Shown here one piece after another: positions 38,588 to 47,451 of a stretch of DNA of 64,000 bases. A program made the translations under genes and the position numbers. A model generated the notes under the pieces. It did not search any database. It was given only the letters and a program-made list of their open reading frames with translations, and had not been told where the DNA came from. This DNA comes from an uncultured Chlamydiae bacterium. Lineage in GTDB: Bacteria > Chlamydiota > Chlamydiia > Chlamydiales > SM23-39. The stretch's first letter is position 1; each line of letters starts with the position of its first letter. The stretch is from NCBI GenBank assembly GCA_963730605.1, contig CAVSSM010000002.1, forward strand, positions 32,001 to 96,000, given 5' to 3'.

Positions 38588-39823
38588 TCACTGGAACTTG
38601 AGGGAAGCCACCGCAATGATGGCAAAAAGAAGGCCGACGATCCAGAAGCGGATCACTACTTTTGTCTCTGGCCATCCTTTATACTCAAAATGGTGGTGGA
38701 GCGGCGCAATGAGAAAAATCCGCTTTTTATTTCGATAGCGGTAGCTGAGCACCTGCAGGATCACCGACAGCGCTTCCGCCACGAAGATGGCCCCTGCGAT
38801 CCCTAAGATGACCTCGCGCCTAAGCAAAACGGCCGAAACCCCGAGAATCCCGCCGAGCGCCAAAGAGCCAGTATCTCCCATGAATACTTGCGCTGGATAG
38901 CCGTTATACCATAAAAAGCCAAGGGCTGCTCCTGCAAGCGCGAAAAGATAAACCGCGATCTCCCCGCTCCCTTCGATGTATAAGATATTCAAATAGCGCG
39001 CGAGGTCAATATGGTTCGAGAGAAAGGCAAAGAGGGCAAGGACCAGCGATACCATCACGAGACAGCCAGCCGCAAGCCCATCGAGCCCATCCGTTAGGTT
39101 GACGGCATTCGACGCCCCCGTGATCACAAAGACGATGATGAAAAACGAAAAAATTTTTAACCAGCCATCGAAAATCCAGACGGGATCTTTCCAAAAAGGG
39201 AGATAGAACTGTTCGATATACTCGCTGGTATCCAGCGTCACCGTGAGGGCTTGAGATTTTTTTTGGGATATTTGGGGCGATGCGGCGATTTGCTCTTTGG
39301 CAGAAGGGGGACGGAAAAATTTCTGGCCCGCGATACCTTGCGTGAATCCGGGACAGAGGAGATAGAGCGCAATGAGAGCGGAAAAGAGCGTTTGGAAAAG
39401 GAACTTCTTTCTTGCCTTCAGCCCTTTGGTGTTTTTATAACAAAGTTTCAGGTAATCATCCCTCGCCCCGAGCGCTCCCAAGCAAAGAGTCGTCAAAAAA
39501 AGGATTAGCGTGAAAGCGCTTTTCAAATCCATCCATAAGATCAAAGAAAGGCCCATCGAAGAGAGGATCAAAATCCCTCCCATCGTAGGAGTGTCTTTCT
39601 TTTTCCCGTGGAGTTCGGCGAGCAGGGGGCACTCCTCAAGGCCGCGGATCGATTGTCCTATTTTGAGTTCATAAAGTTTCTTGATGAACCTAGGGCCCAA
39701 AAGGATCGTAAATAAAAGGGACGTTACGGCAGCCAGAATCATCCGCGTCGAAAAATAGATGAACGCGGCGGGGAGTTTGAGGTGGAAAGCATCGCGGAGC
39801 CACTCGGAAAATAACAGCAGCAT
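38588..39823 (-). CDS. mraY: Phospho-MurNAc-pentapeptide transferase
   Basis: KKDTPTMGG, DDYLK, NAVNLTDGLDGL, VFMGDTGS, APLHHHFE. Confidence 0.96.
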   Translation of the reverse strand: MLLLFSEWLRDAFHLKLPAAFIYFSTRMILAAVTSLLFTILLGPRFIKKLYELKIGQSIRGLEECPLLAELHGKKKDTPTMGGILILSSMGLSLILWMDLKSAFTLILFLTTLCLGALGARDDYLKLCYKNTKGLKARKKFLFQTLFSALIALYLLCPGFTQGIAGQKFFRPPSAKEQIAASPQISQKKSQALTVTLDTSEYIEQFYLPFWKDPVWIFDGWLKIFSFFIIVFVITGASNAVNLTDGLDGLAAGCLVMVSLVLALFAFLSNHIDLARYLNILYIEGSGEIAVYLFALAGAALGFLWYNGYPAQVFMGDTGSLALGGILGVSAVLLRREVILGIAGAIFVAEALSVILQVLSYRYRNKKRIFLIAPLHHHFEYKGWPETKVVIRFWIVGLLFAIIAVASLKFQ

Positions 39824-39837
39824 ACTGTTCCTATGGA

Positions 39838-41172
39838 TTAAAGATGCTGGAAAATGGTTTCCATGTTCATACACCGGGAACCTTTGACCAAAACGATATC
39901 GCCTGGGCTCATCAACTCTTGCAACCTTCCGGCAAGGCCCCTTAGGTCCGTAAAGAATTCAGCCGGTTTTTTTCCCTCTTGGAAACTCTCGAAAAGAGGA
40001 AGAGCCTCAACTCCTAGCACCAGGACCAAGTCGAAATATTCGCGCGCAAGCCGCCCGATCTCTCTATGGGCGCTTTCAGAAAACTTCCCGAGCGGCGACA
40101 TCGTTCCCAAGACCCCGATCCTTTTAGCCCCGTCAAGCGGGGCTTGTAGGCTCATGAATGCGGCCTTCATCGATTCGGGGTTCGCATTGTAAGCGTCGTT
40201 GATGAAAGAGACGCCCTCTTTTTCAAAGCGCTGCAGCCGCATGTCGGGCACCTTTAAGAGTGGAAGGCGCGCATTGATCTCATCCCACTCCAACTTCATC
40301 TGCCTCGCTGCGCTGACAGCAGCCAAGAAATTGTGAAGAAGATGGGACTCGCTAAATGGCAGATCGAACTGGAAAGCCCGCACTCCCCTTTCATCAAGGA
40401 CGTACCGCTTTTCCAAGGGAGAAAGAAAATAATCGGCACTCCTGTCGTCGAGAGAAAATACGACCTTCTCTCCGGGTAGCTCTCTAAAACAAGGATATTC
40501 GGAAAGTTTTTGGTAAAAGACGGCGGAGCGGAGCTTTGGACTCGAATAGATCTCCGCTTTCCCTGCGGCGATCTCATCGAGACCCCCTGGAAAAAAGGCA
40601 GCGTGGGCTAGGGCCACCTTCGTTACCACAGCTACCTCAGGTTCAGCGATTTGGAGAAGCCTCTTGATATCTCCCGGCTCGCTCATTCCCATCTCGAGGA
40701 CAAAAACCTCTTCGCCCCCTTCCCGGTTTAAGATCGAAAGAGGAAGAGTCAGTTTGGTGTTGTAGTTTCCCGGCGTTTTTCCCACCTTGTACTTTGCTTT
40801 TAGGATTTCGGCGGTAAACTCCTTCGTCGTCGTTTTCCCTACCGACCCGGTGATCCCGACGACGCGGGCTCGGCTCTCCTCCAGATCTTTTCGGGCAAGG
40901 AGAGCAAGAGACGCAAGCACGTCAGCGACTCGGAGAAGAGGGAGTCCGAAATCGGGCCCAAGATAGCTTTCCTCTACGACCGCGCCTATTGCCCCTCTCG
41001 CCTTAGCGTCTCCTAGGAAAAGGTGGCCGTCGGTTTTTTCCCCCTTCAAAGCAAAAAATAGCTCCCCGGGAGCAATTTTGCGACTATCTACCTGGTAACC
41101 AGCGATTTGGGCATTTTCTTCGCTTTCAAACCTTAAGTCCCTGGCAATCTGAGATAAGGGTACATTCCGCAT
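39838..41172 (-). CDS. murF: UDP-MurNAc-tripeptide:D-Ala-D-Ala ligase
   Basis: DSRKI, GITGSVGKTTTKE, INDAYNANPESM, LVKGSR. Confidence 0.95.
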   Translation of the reverse strand: MRNVPLSQIARDLRFESEENAQIAGYQVDSRKIAPGELFFALKGEKTDGHLFLGDAKARGAIGAVVEESYLGPDFGLPLLRVADVLASLALLARKDLEESRARVVGITGSVGKTTTKEFTAEILKAKYKVGKTPGNYNTKLTLPLSILNREGGEEVFVLEMGMSEPGDIKRLLQIAEPEVAVVTKVALAHAAFFPGGLDEIAAGKAEIYSSPKLRSAVFYQKLSEYPCFRELPGEKVVFSLDDRSADYFLSPLEKRYVLDERGVRAFQFDLPFSESHLLHNFLAAVSAARQMKLEWDEINARLPLLKVPDMRLQRFEKEGVSFINDAYNANPESMKAAFMSLQAPLDGAKRIGVLGTMSPLGKFSESAHREIGRLAREYFDLVLVLGVEALPLFESFQEGKKPAEFFTDLRGLAGRLQELMSPGDIVLVKGSRCMNMETIFQHL

Positions 41173-41343
41173 AGCTTCCCCATTTTTATCCCAAGGTATA
41201 GCTATTTTTCCAAATCTTGGCAAAGGAGAGAGCCTAACTGACTTATTGATAGAGATTTACAAAACAACATAAATAAACTAGAAATAAAACAATAAATTGA
41301 TAATTAAAAATAAATATGTTATAATTACTTAAAAGGAATTATT

Positions 41344-44300
41344 ATGGCAACAGATTTAGCTATTGTCTCCAAAACGGACGGAACCGGGTCTTCCCTTCCT
41401 ATAAATCCAGACTCCTCGAGCTCCGGGACAGTGCGCACTCAGCTAGCTGCGAGCGCTGCCTTAACGCCGCCTGTGAACCCCGTACCCACGCAAGAACAAG
41501 ACGAAAAAGCAAAGAGACAAGTTAATCAAGTTCCGAAGCCCCTAGTCGATGGCACAGAGATCCAGTCCACAACACCATCCCTTGATACAGAGTCGCTCTA
41601 TCAGGCTATAACAGCGATGATTCCCGACGAAGATGACGTTGAAGAAGTGTTCTTCGACCCTGACAGTCTTATGCAAGAATCAGAACATGCCCAAGATATC
41701 GTAGAAACCTTGACGCCATTTCTGAAAGAAAGCTGGGATGAGAAACATGGCGAGGGGTCTTGGGAATCAACGCTCCTGACCGCATACATGTCGGCGGAGG
41801 TGAATTATTCAGTGATGGAAGATGCAAGTATCTCAGCAAATAGCGAGGATCTCGCTTGGATCGCCGTCAGCAAATTAGCAGCACAGGCGGCAGGACTTTC
41901 GCCCGAATATTGCTGCCCCCAATTTCCTTGGGAAAATACAACTGAAGAGAGCATGCAGAACACGGAGCAACTTAACCGATGGCAAGAGCTTAAAACTTAC
42001 CTTTTGAGCGGTGCGGCTCTCGAAGAAGTTCAAAGCGTTAAGGATTCGGAAGAGGGATCGCAAACGCAACTTCAACCAGGTCTATCCTACCTTCAAAATG
42101 GCCTTTCTCTTCTTGCGACTGCTGCGACCTCTGATAAACTATGGCGATTTGTCTTCTGGGGCACAGTCATCTGCAGTCTTTCTTTCGTCGCAGCGGCAGC
42201 CACGCCATTGGTGGCAAACGCATGCATAAACGGAAGCGCCGCCAACGTTACTTCAACCGCATCGGCTATGGTACCTTATGTTGCCTCAGCCGGAAGCGCC
42301 CTAGCAGTCGATCTCGTAAACGCAGCTACCAATACTGTTGCAACCCTGGCCTCAACAGCATCGTGCGTAGTAACAGCGCCAACCATTGTAAATCTTTTAG
42401 CAGACGGAGTGGCGGCCGCACATAATTCCAATCCCCCTCCTCCCATACGCAGTCTGAGCGATGCGCCACAGACTATCGTCCAGAATACAGCGACAAACGC
42501 ATCATGGTTCGACATATTTAGCTATACGTCTGCCGTTTTATATTCCATGTCCAAATTCCGGAATGCCTTGATTGCAGCGTCTAAAGAAAATTACGGAAGG
42601 GCCGCGGGTAACCTAGCCCTAAGCGTCATTCCTCCTACAATCGCCTATTTTGGAAGCCCGACTGCATGGGTGTTAACGGCTACCGGATTGAGTGCCGCCG
42701 AAAGTCTGTTGCCCCTATTGCTCCCCCGCCCAGTAGATACCACCACGGTTCCTCCAGTAGATACCGCCTCGGCTCCTCCAGTAGATACCGCCTCGGCTCC
42801 TCCAGCAAAGTTCCAACTCTATGCGAGAGAAAACGTCGTCTGCAAAAAAGGGATATTCAATATCAAAGTCCCCGGGCCGGTTGGCCTCTCTCCTGAACAG
42901 AAGGAAGATTTAATCAAAGCGTTTATCTCAGAAGTGCTCGATCAAAACCCCGTTAAAACCATGGTTGGGGACAAAATCGAATTCCAATTCCCGGAATCCA
43001 AAAAATGGACTGTCCAAGTGACGCCACGAGATGGGCATTCGCATTCCGCGGGGCGGAAGCTCGAGGGCGAAAAGACCTATAGCGAATCGCCATCCCACAG
43101 AAACTCTATCAAAAAACTGGAAACGTTGCGTAAAGTCATGGTCGGCGGCGCTCATGCCTTCGCCGTTATGCAAGCCCTCCGCTCCATCACGATGGACAAA
43201 ATCCCCAATAACGCCCCAGCCGTCTCTCCCGTAATCTTTACCAACGCGCCTCCTGCGCTTTGTTCGCCGATGCAAGCGATGCTAGCGATCCCAGAGATTC
43301 AGACTGCAATGAAACAGAGCAATCATCCCGAGGTAAAGAAGATCGCGAACGCCTACACAGCAAAATTAGTGCCAGGCACTGCCAGCGATCCCCTAGATCT
43401 AGCGGCTCTCGAAGCGGAGCTAAACAAGATAATCTCCAACTCTAGACCACGGGACGACCAAGAATATAGGAATGCGCTTTTTAATTTGATGAAAAACCGT
43501 GGCGACGATTTGAGCAAGGTTCTCGTCCCGCAATTGGATATCCCATATCCAACGCTGACGCAAAACACTGTAGCTGCAAACTGGCTTCAGGCAAGAAACA
43601 CTCCCCTTTTTCCTAAGCTTAAGATCTCACCTAGCGACACCGAGGAGAATCTCCAAGCTTTAGTAGACGCGCAGCAGTCTCAAGGAAGCATGGAAAAACA
43701 ATTTCATTCGATCCCCAATTTCTTACAGATCAGTGTCGACAAAGTCGCAGTTGATGCCACAGGGACCACCACCACCAGAGCAGCTAAACTCAACAATGAA
43801 AAGTTAGAGTTAGAATTAGATTGGAAATATATCGAAGCGAATACACACCCACACCCTCTCCGGACTAATGCCAATAAACCTAAGTATTCCCTTCAGAATA
43901 TGATCTTGCATACGGCTCAGGGCAGTGACATCACATATCAAAGAACGGTCGAAAACGTGAACGGAGAGCTACAGATTTTCTACTGGAAATTCGATCCTGC
44001 CAACGGGATACAAGCCCATATTTGCATTGATATCGACGAGTTTAAGGAAGCTGCAAACAGTCCAGCCAAGAAAGACCTTTTCTTCTTGAAACAAGAGGAA
44101 GGGGCTGTGCGAAAGGAGGAAATCCTTGCGCAGCGATACGACTCCGACAGCAACCCAGATCTTGAGGAAAACAATAACGTCTTCTTTAAATATGACAACA
44201 ACACGGTCTATAACATGTCATTGCTTTCACTCGCTGCGATCGTACAGGCGGTACAGGAGAACAATTCTAAATACTTGCAATATTTTGTACATCAGGCGCT

Positions 44301-44661
44301 TCGAATAGCTCACAGTAGAGGAGACACGAAAATCACTCTACCTGTCCCTGTAGGCAAGGCAGCCGACGGGATGAATTGGCCGATCGGGATTATGTGGTTC
44401 GCCGCCCAAGAATTTATGAAGACCCTACCGGCTGGAAGTAACTTCACAGTCCACCTTGCGATCGATAAATCTAAGAAACAGGGAGAGCGAAGAGCCCACC
44501 TCGTCAAACAGATCGACATGGCTGAAACAATCTATCTACAACATCAGTGGCAAGGAGCCTCTCCGGAACCACCCGCCCGTGCCGAGACACGGTTCAGGAA
44601 TTTCACGAATGACTGGAAGGCTTACTCCATACTTACCCGCCGGCACGGCTTTCTCTATTGA
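41344..44661 (+). CDS. Large membrane-associated hypothetical protein with degenerate USP-like and macro-like segments
   Basis: 1105 aa; AT-rich upstream region, AAGGA RBS, Ser/Thr/Pro-rich N-terminus, several hydrophobic segments, three PVDTxxxP repeats (42730-42804). Domain calls are low-confidence (see findings). Confidence 0.75.
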   Translation: MATDLAIVSKTDGTGSSLPINPDSSSSGTVRTQLAASAALTPPVNPVPTQEQDEKAKRQVNQVPKPLVDGTEIQSTTPSLDTESLYQAITAMIPDEDDVEEVFFDPDSLMQESEHAQDIVETLTPFLKESWDEKHGEGSWESTLLTAYMSAEVNYSVMEDASISANSEDLAWIAVSKLAAQAAGLSPEYCCPQFPWENTTEESMQNTEQLNRWQELKTYLLSGAALEEVQSVKDSEEGSQTQLQPGLSYLQNGLSLLATAATSDKLWRFVFWGTVICSLSFVAAAATPLVANACINGSAANVTSTASAMVPYVASAGSALAVDLVNAATNTVATLASTASCVVTAPTIVNLLADGVAAAHNSNPPPPIRSLSDAPQTIVQNTATNASWFDIFSYTSAVLYSMSKFRNALIAASKENYGRAAGNLALSVIPPTIAYFGSPTAWVLTATGLSAAESLLPLLLPRPVDTTTVPPVDTASAPPVDTASAPPAKFQLYARENVVCKKGIFNIKVPGPVGLSPEQKEDLIKAFISEVLDQNPVKTMVGDKIEFQFPESKKWTVQVTPRDGHSHSAGRKLEGEKTYSESPSHRNSIKKLETLRKVMVGGAHAFAVMQALRSITMDKIPNNAPAVSPVIFTNAPPALCSPMQAMLAIPEIQTAMKQSNHPEVKKIANAYTAKLVPGTASDPLDLAALEAELNKIISNSRPRDDQEYRNALFNLMKNRGDDLSKVLVPQLDIPYPTLTQNTVAANWLQARNTPLFPKLKISPSDTEENLQALVDAQQSQGSMEKQFHSIPNFLQISVDKVAVDATGTTTTRAAKLNNEKLELELDWKYIEANTHPHPLRTNANKPKYSLQNMILHTAQGSDITYQRTVENVNGELQIFYWKFDPANGIQAHICIDIDEFKEAANSPAKKDLFFLKQEEGAVRKEEILAQRYDSDSNPDLEENNNVFFKYDNNTVYNMSLLSLAAIVQAVQENNSKYLQYFVHQALRIAHSRGDTKITLPVPVGKAADGMNWPIGIMWFAAQEFMKTLPAGSNFTVHLAIDKSKKQGERRAHLVKQIDMAETIYLQHQWQGASPEPPARAETRFRNFTNDWKAYSILTRRHGFLY

Positions 44662-44696
44662 CCCCATTGAGCTATTCCCGCATAATGGGCGCGCCT

Positions 44697-44869
44697 ATAC
44701 ACAAATGAATTCAAAGGTTAGGAATATACCCAGGAGGCGCCCTCAGTTTGCCCCAGGCGTAGCCGGCGCCGAAGCAGCTCAACTTGCATAAGTTGAGCGA
44801 TGGAGGCGGGAGCAAAATGAGTGGCTGTCCGACGCCGGTAGAACCCAACTTCTGAGTTCATTTGTGTAT
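44697..44869. mobile_element. MITE of the same family as 5492-5685, lacking the 37-bp hairpin
   Basis: atacacaaatgaattca ... tgagttcatttgtgtat; shares the modules gcagctcaacttg..aagttgagcg and agtggctg.ccgacg. Confidence 0.85.
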
Positions 44870-44874
44870 GTTTC

Positions 44875-44945
44875 GGTGGCATAGCCAAGTGGTAAGGCAG
44901 GGGCCTGCAAAGCCCCCATCCTCGGTTCGAATCCGAGTGCCACCT
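44875..44945 (+). tRNA. tRNA-Cys (GCA), CCA not encoded
   Basis: Acceptor stem ggtggca/tgccacc, D-arm gccaagtggtaaggc, anticodon arm ggggc-ctGCAaa-gcccc, T-arm ctcggttcgaatccgag. Confidence 0.97.
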
Positions 44946-44962
44946 TTACTTTTGTACAATTT

Positions 44963-45772
44963 TTGCTTTACATCATTGCAACTCCCATCGGGAACCTCGA
45001 AGACATTTCCCAAAGAGCCCTCAAGACCTTGAGAGAGTGCGACGCTATCCTCTGCGAAGACACAAGGAGGACCTCGATCCTATTGAACCGATATGGATTT
45101 TCGAAACCGCTCATCTCCTACCATAAGTTCAAAGAAGCCAAAGTCTTGGATAAAATCTTAGAGCGTTTGGAGTCAGGGGAAAAGCTAGCTTTGGTATCGG
45201 ATGCCGGCACCCCCTGCATCAACGACCCCGGAGCGCGGCTCACCAAGGCCTGCGTAGAGCGAAACCTCCCGTTCACAGCGATCCCGGGGCCCTGCAGTTT
45301 GATCGAGGCGCTCGTCTTGTCGGCCTTTCATGTGGAGCGGTTCCAATTCATCGGCTTTCTTCCTAAAAAGCCCGCAAAGGAACTCCGGTCCCTCCTTTTC
45401 TACCACGGCGCTACGGTCGCCTTCGAGAGCCCGGAGAGGCTCCTTGCCACTCTGGAAGCCCTCGGCAAGATCGCCCCAGAGCGGCGCCTCGCCGTGGCGC
45501 GGGAAATGACCAAGACCTTTGAAGAGTGCCGCCGTGGGACGGCCGCCGAGCTGCATGCCCACTATCGAGCCCGTCCCCCAAAAGGGGAAATCGTCCTTGT
45601 GATCGCCCCTAGAGAGTCGCATGAAGAGCCGCCTGATTTGCCGATGGATCTCGAAGCTTGCGTCGAACTGCTCCAAGAAGTCCACGGCCTCACGTTGAGA
45701 GAGGCCATCAAAGATGCGGCCCGCCTCCTTAAAATCCCAAAGAGCGCGGTCTATAAAAAAATGCACAGATGA
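44963..45772 (+). CDS. rsmI: 16S rRNA C1402 2'-O-methyltransferase
   Basis: LYIIATPIGNLEDIS, CEDTR, VSDAGTPCINDPG, FESPER, AREMTKTFEE. Confidence 0.95.
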   Translation: MLYIIATPIGNLEDISQRALKTLRECDAILCEDTRRTSILLNRYGFSKPLISYHKFKEAKVLDKILERLESGEKLALVSDAGTPCINDPGARLTKACVERNLPFTAIPGPCSLIEALVLSAFHVERFQFIGFLPKKPAKELRSLLFYHGATVAFESPERLLATLEALGKIAPERRLAVAREMTKTFEECRRGTAAELHAHYRARPPKGEIVLVIAPRESHEEPPDLPMDLEACVELLQEVHGLTLREAIKDAARLLKIPKSAVYKKMHR

Positions 45773-45812
45773 GTTATGATTGCCATCCAAGGTTTAAGCG
45801 GAGGTCAAGGAT

Positions 45813-47399
45813 ATGAGTGCAACACCCAAAGAAATCATCTTTGCAGAAGATGCTCTAAACGCCCTTTCTAGCGGCATCGGAGAGATCGCCGACGTCGTTG
45901 CGATCACTTTAGGGCCGAGAGGGCGCAATGTCGGACTGCAGGCGTCCTGGGGTTCTCCTACGATCACAAGCGATGGCAACAGCATCGCCAAAGACCTCGA
46001 ACTGAAGGATCCTTTCCGCAATATCGGCGCTTCGATGGTCAAAGAAACTGCCGCGAAGATCAAAGAAAAATCGGGCGATGGGACGACGACGGGGATCGTC
46101 CTTTTGCGCGCGCTGGTTCAAGCAGGCGTCAAGAATATCGCCGCAGGGGCAAACCCCACCGCGATCAAGCGGGGAATGGACAAGACTCTTGAAGCGCTTC
46201 TCAAAGAGATCGATGCGATGGCAACCCAGGTCAAAGGGAGCGAAGATACCCGCAACATCGCGACAGTATCTGCCTCTTCGATGAGCGAGATCGGCGATAA
46301 AATCGGCGAATGTTTTGACAAAGTGGGGAAAAATGGCGTCGTTGCGATCGAAGAAGGCAAGGGCACTGAAACAGCGATCGAGATCGTGGAAGGGATGCAA
46401 TTCGACAAAGGCTATGCAAGCCCCTATTTCTGCACGAACGGAGAGCGGATGATCGCTGAAATGACCGAGCCCAAAATCTTGATCACGGATAAAAAAATCA
46501 CCTCCGCTCAAGAAATCCTTCCGATCCTTCAGCACATCGCATCGACCGGGCAGGAGCTCCTCATCATTGCCGATGAGATCGAGGGCGACGCCCTATCCAC
46601 GCTCGTCGTCAATAAGCTGCGCGGCACGTTGAAAGTCGTGGGCGTAAAAGCCCCAGGGTTCGGCGACCGGCGAAAAGCCATGCTCGAAGACATCGCGGTC
46701 CTCACGGGCGGCCAGGTGGTAAGCGAAGAGAAAGGGATGCTTTTGAGCGAAGCGGAAGCCGATGTCCTCGGGAAAGCCGGCCAAATTGTCATCGGCAAAG
46801 AAAAGACGACGATCATCGACGGCAAAGGAACCGAAAAAGCTTTGAAGGGTCGCATTGCCCAAATCGATGCGGAGATCAAGGCCGCAACATCGAGCTATGA
46901 TAAAGAGAAGCTCGAAGAGCGCAAGGCCAAGCTGCAAGGCGGCGTCGCAGTGATCAAAGTGGGAGCTCCGACGGAGTCGGAAATGAAGAAAAAGAAACAA
47001 CTCTTCGAAGACAGCCTGAATGCGACTCGCGCAGCCCTCGAGGAGGGAATCGTCCCTGGCGGCGGTGTGGCCCTCCTTCGCGCCGCCCGCTCTCTCTCTC
47101 TTCCGAAGGTTGCCAAAGAAGAAGCTGTCGGAGCCTCGATCCTCCTAAAGGCTTGCGATGCGCCCTTCCGACAGATCGTCCTCAACACGGGGCTCGATCC
47201 TTCCGTATGGCTGCAGAAGGTGCTGGAAAAAGAAAAATCGTTCGGCTTTAACGCGATCACTGAAAGCATCGAAGATTTGCTGAAATGTGGAGTCATCGAT
47301 CCGGTCAAAGTGGTCAAAAACAGCTTGGCCCATGCCGTCTCGATGGCCGGGATCGTGCTCCTCTCCGAAGCCGTCATCGTTGAAGAGAAAAGCAAATAA
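45813..47399 (+). CDS. groEL: Chaperonin GroEL, divergent paralogue (GroEL3 position)
   Basis: TLGPRGRNV, GDGTTT, EGMQFDKGY, KAPGFGDRRK; no GGM tail, no adjacent groES, no CIRCE seen. Confidence 0.93.
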   Translation: MSATPKEIIFAEDALNALSSGIGEIADVVAITLGPRGRNVGLQASWGSPTITSDGNSIAKDLELKDPFRNIGASMVKETAAKIKEKSGDGTTTGIVLLRALVQAGVKNIAAGANPTAIKRGMDKTLEALLKEIDAMATQVKGSEDTRNIATVSASSMSEIGDKIGECFDKVGKNGVVAIEEGKGTETAIEIVEGMQFDKGYASPYFCTNGERMIAEMTEPKILITDKKITSAQEILPILQHIASTGQELLIIADEIEGDALSTLVVNKLRGTLKVVGVKAPGFGDRRKAMLEDIAVLTGGQVVSEEKGMLLSEAEADVLGKAGQIVIGKEKTTIIDGKGTEKALKGRIAQIDAEIKAATSSYDKEKLEERKAKLQGGVAVIKVGAPTESEMKKKKQLFEDSLNATRAALEEGIVPGGGVALLRAARSLSLPKVAKEEAVGASILLKACDAPFRQIVLNTGLDPSVWLQKVLEKEKSFGFNAITESIEDLLKCGVIDPVKVVKNSLAHAVSMAGIVLLSEAVIVEEKSK

Positions 47400-47407
47400 A
47401 CTTGACA

Positions 47408-47451
47408 ACCTCCTCCGCTCTTCTTAATTTGCAGCGGAGGGGTATTTTTTG
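47408..47451 (+). terminator. Probable intrinsic terminator after groEL
   Basis: ctccgct...agcggag stem followed by a T-run. Confidence 0.5.

Noticed and set aside
44875..44945. tRNA-Cys as the attachment site of an integrative element
   Set aside because: No integrase, and no duplicated tRNA 3' end seen in the window.
45773..45812. CIRCE operator or groES before groEL
   Set aside because: No TTAGCACTC-N9-GAGTGCTAA and no space for groES.
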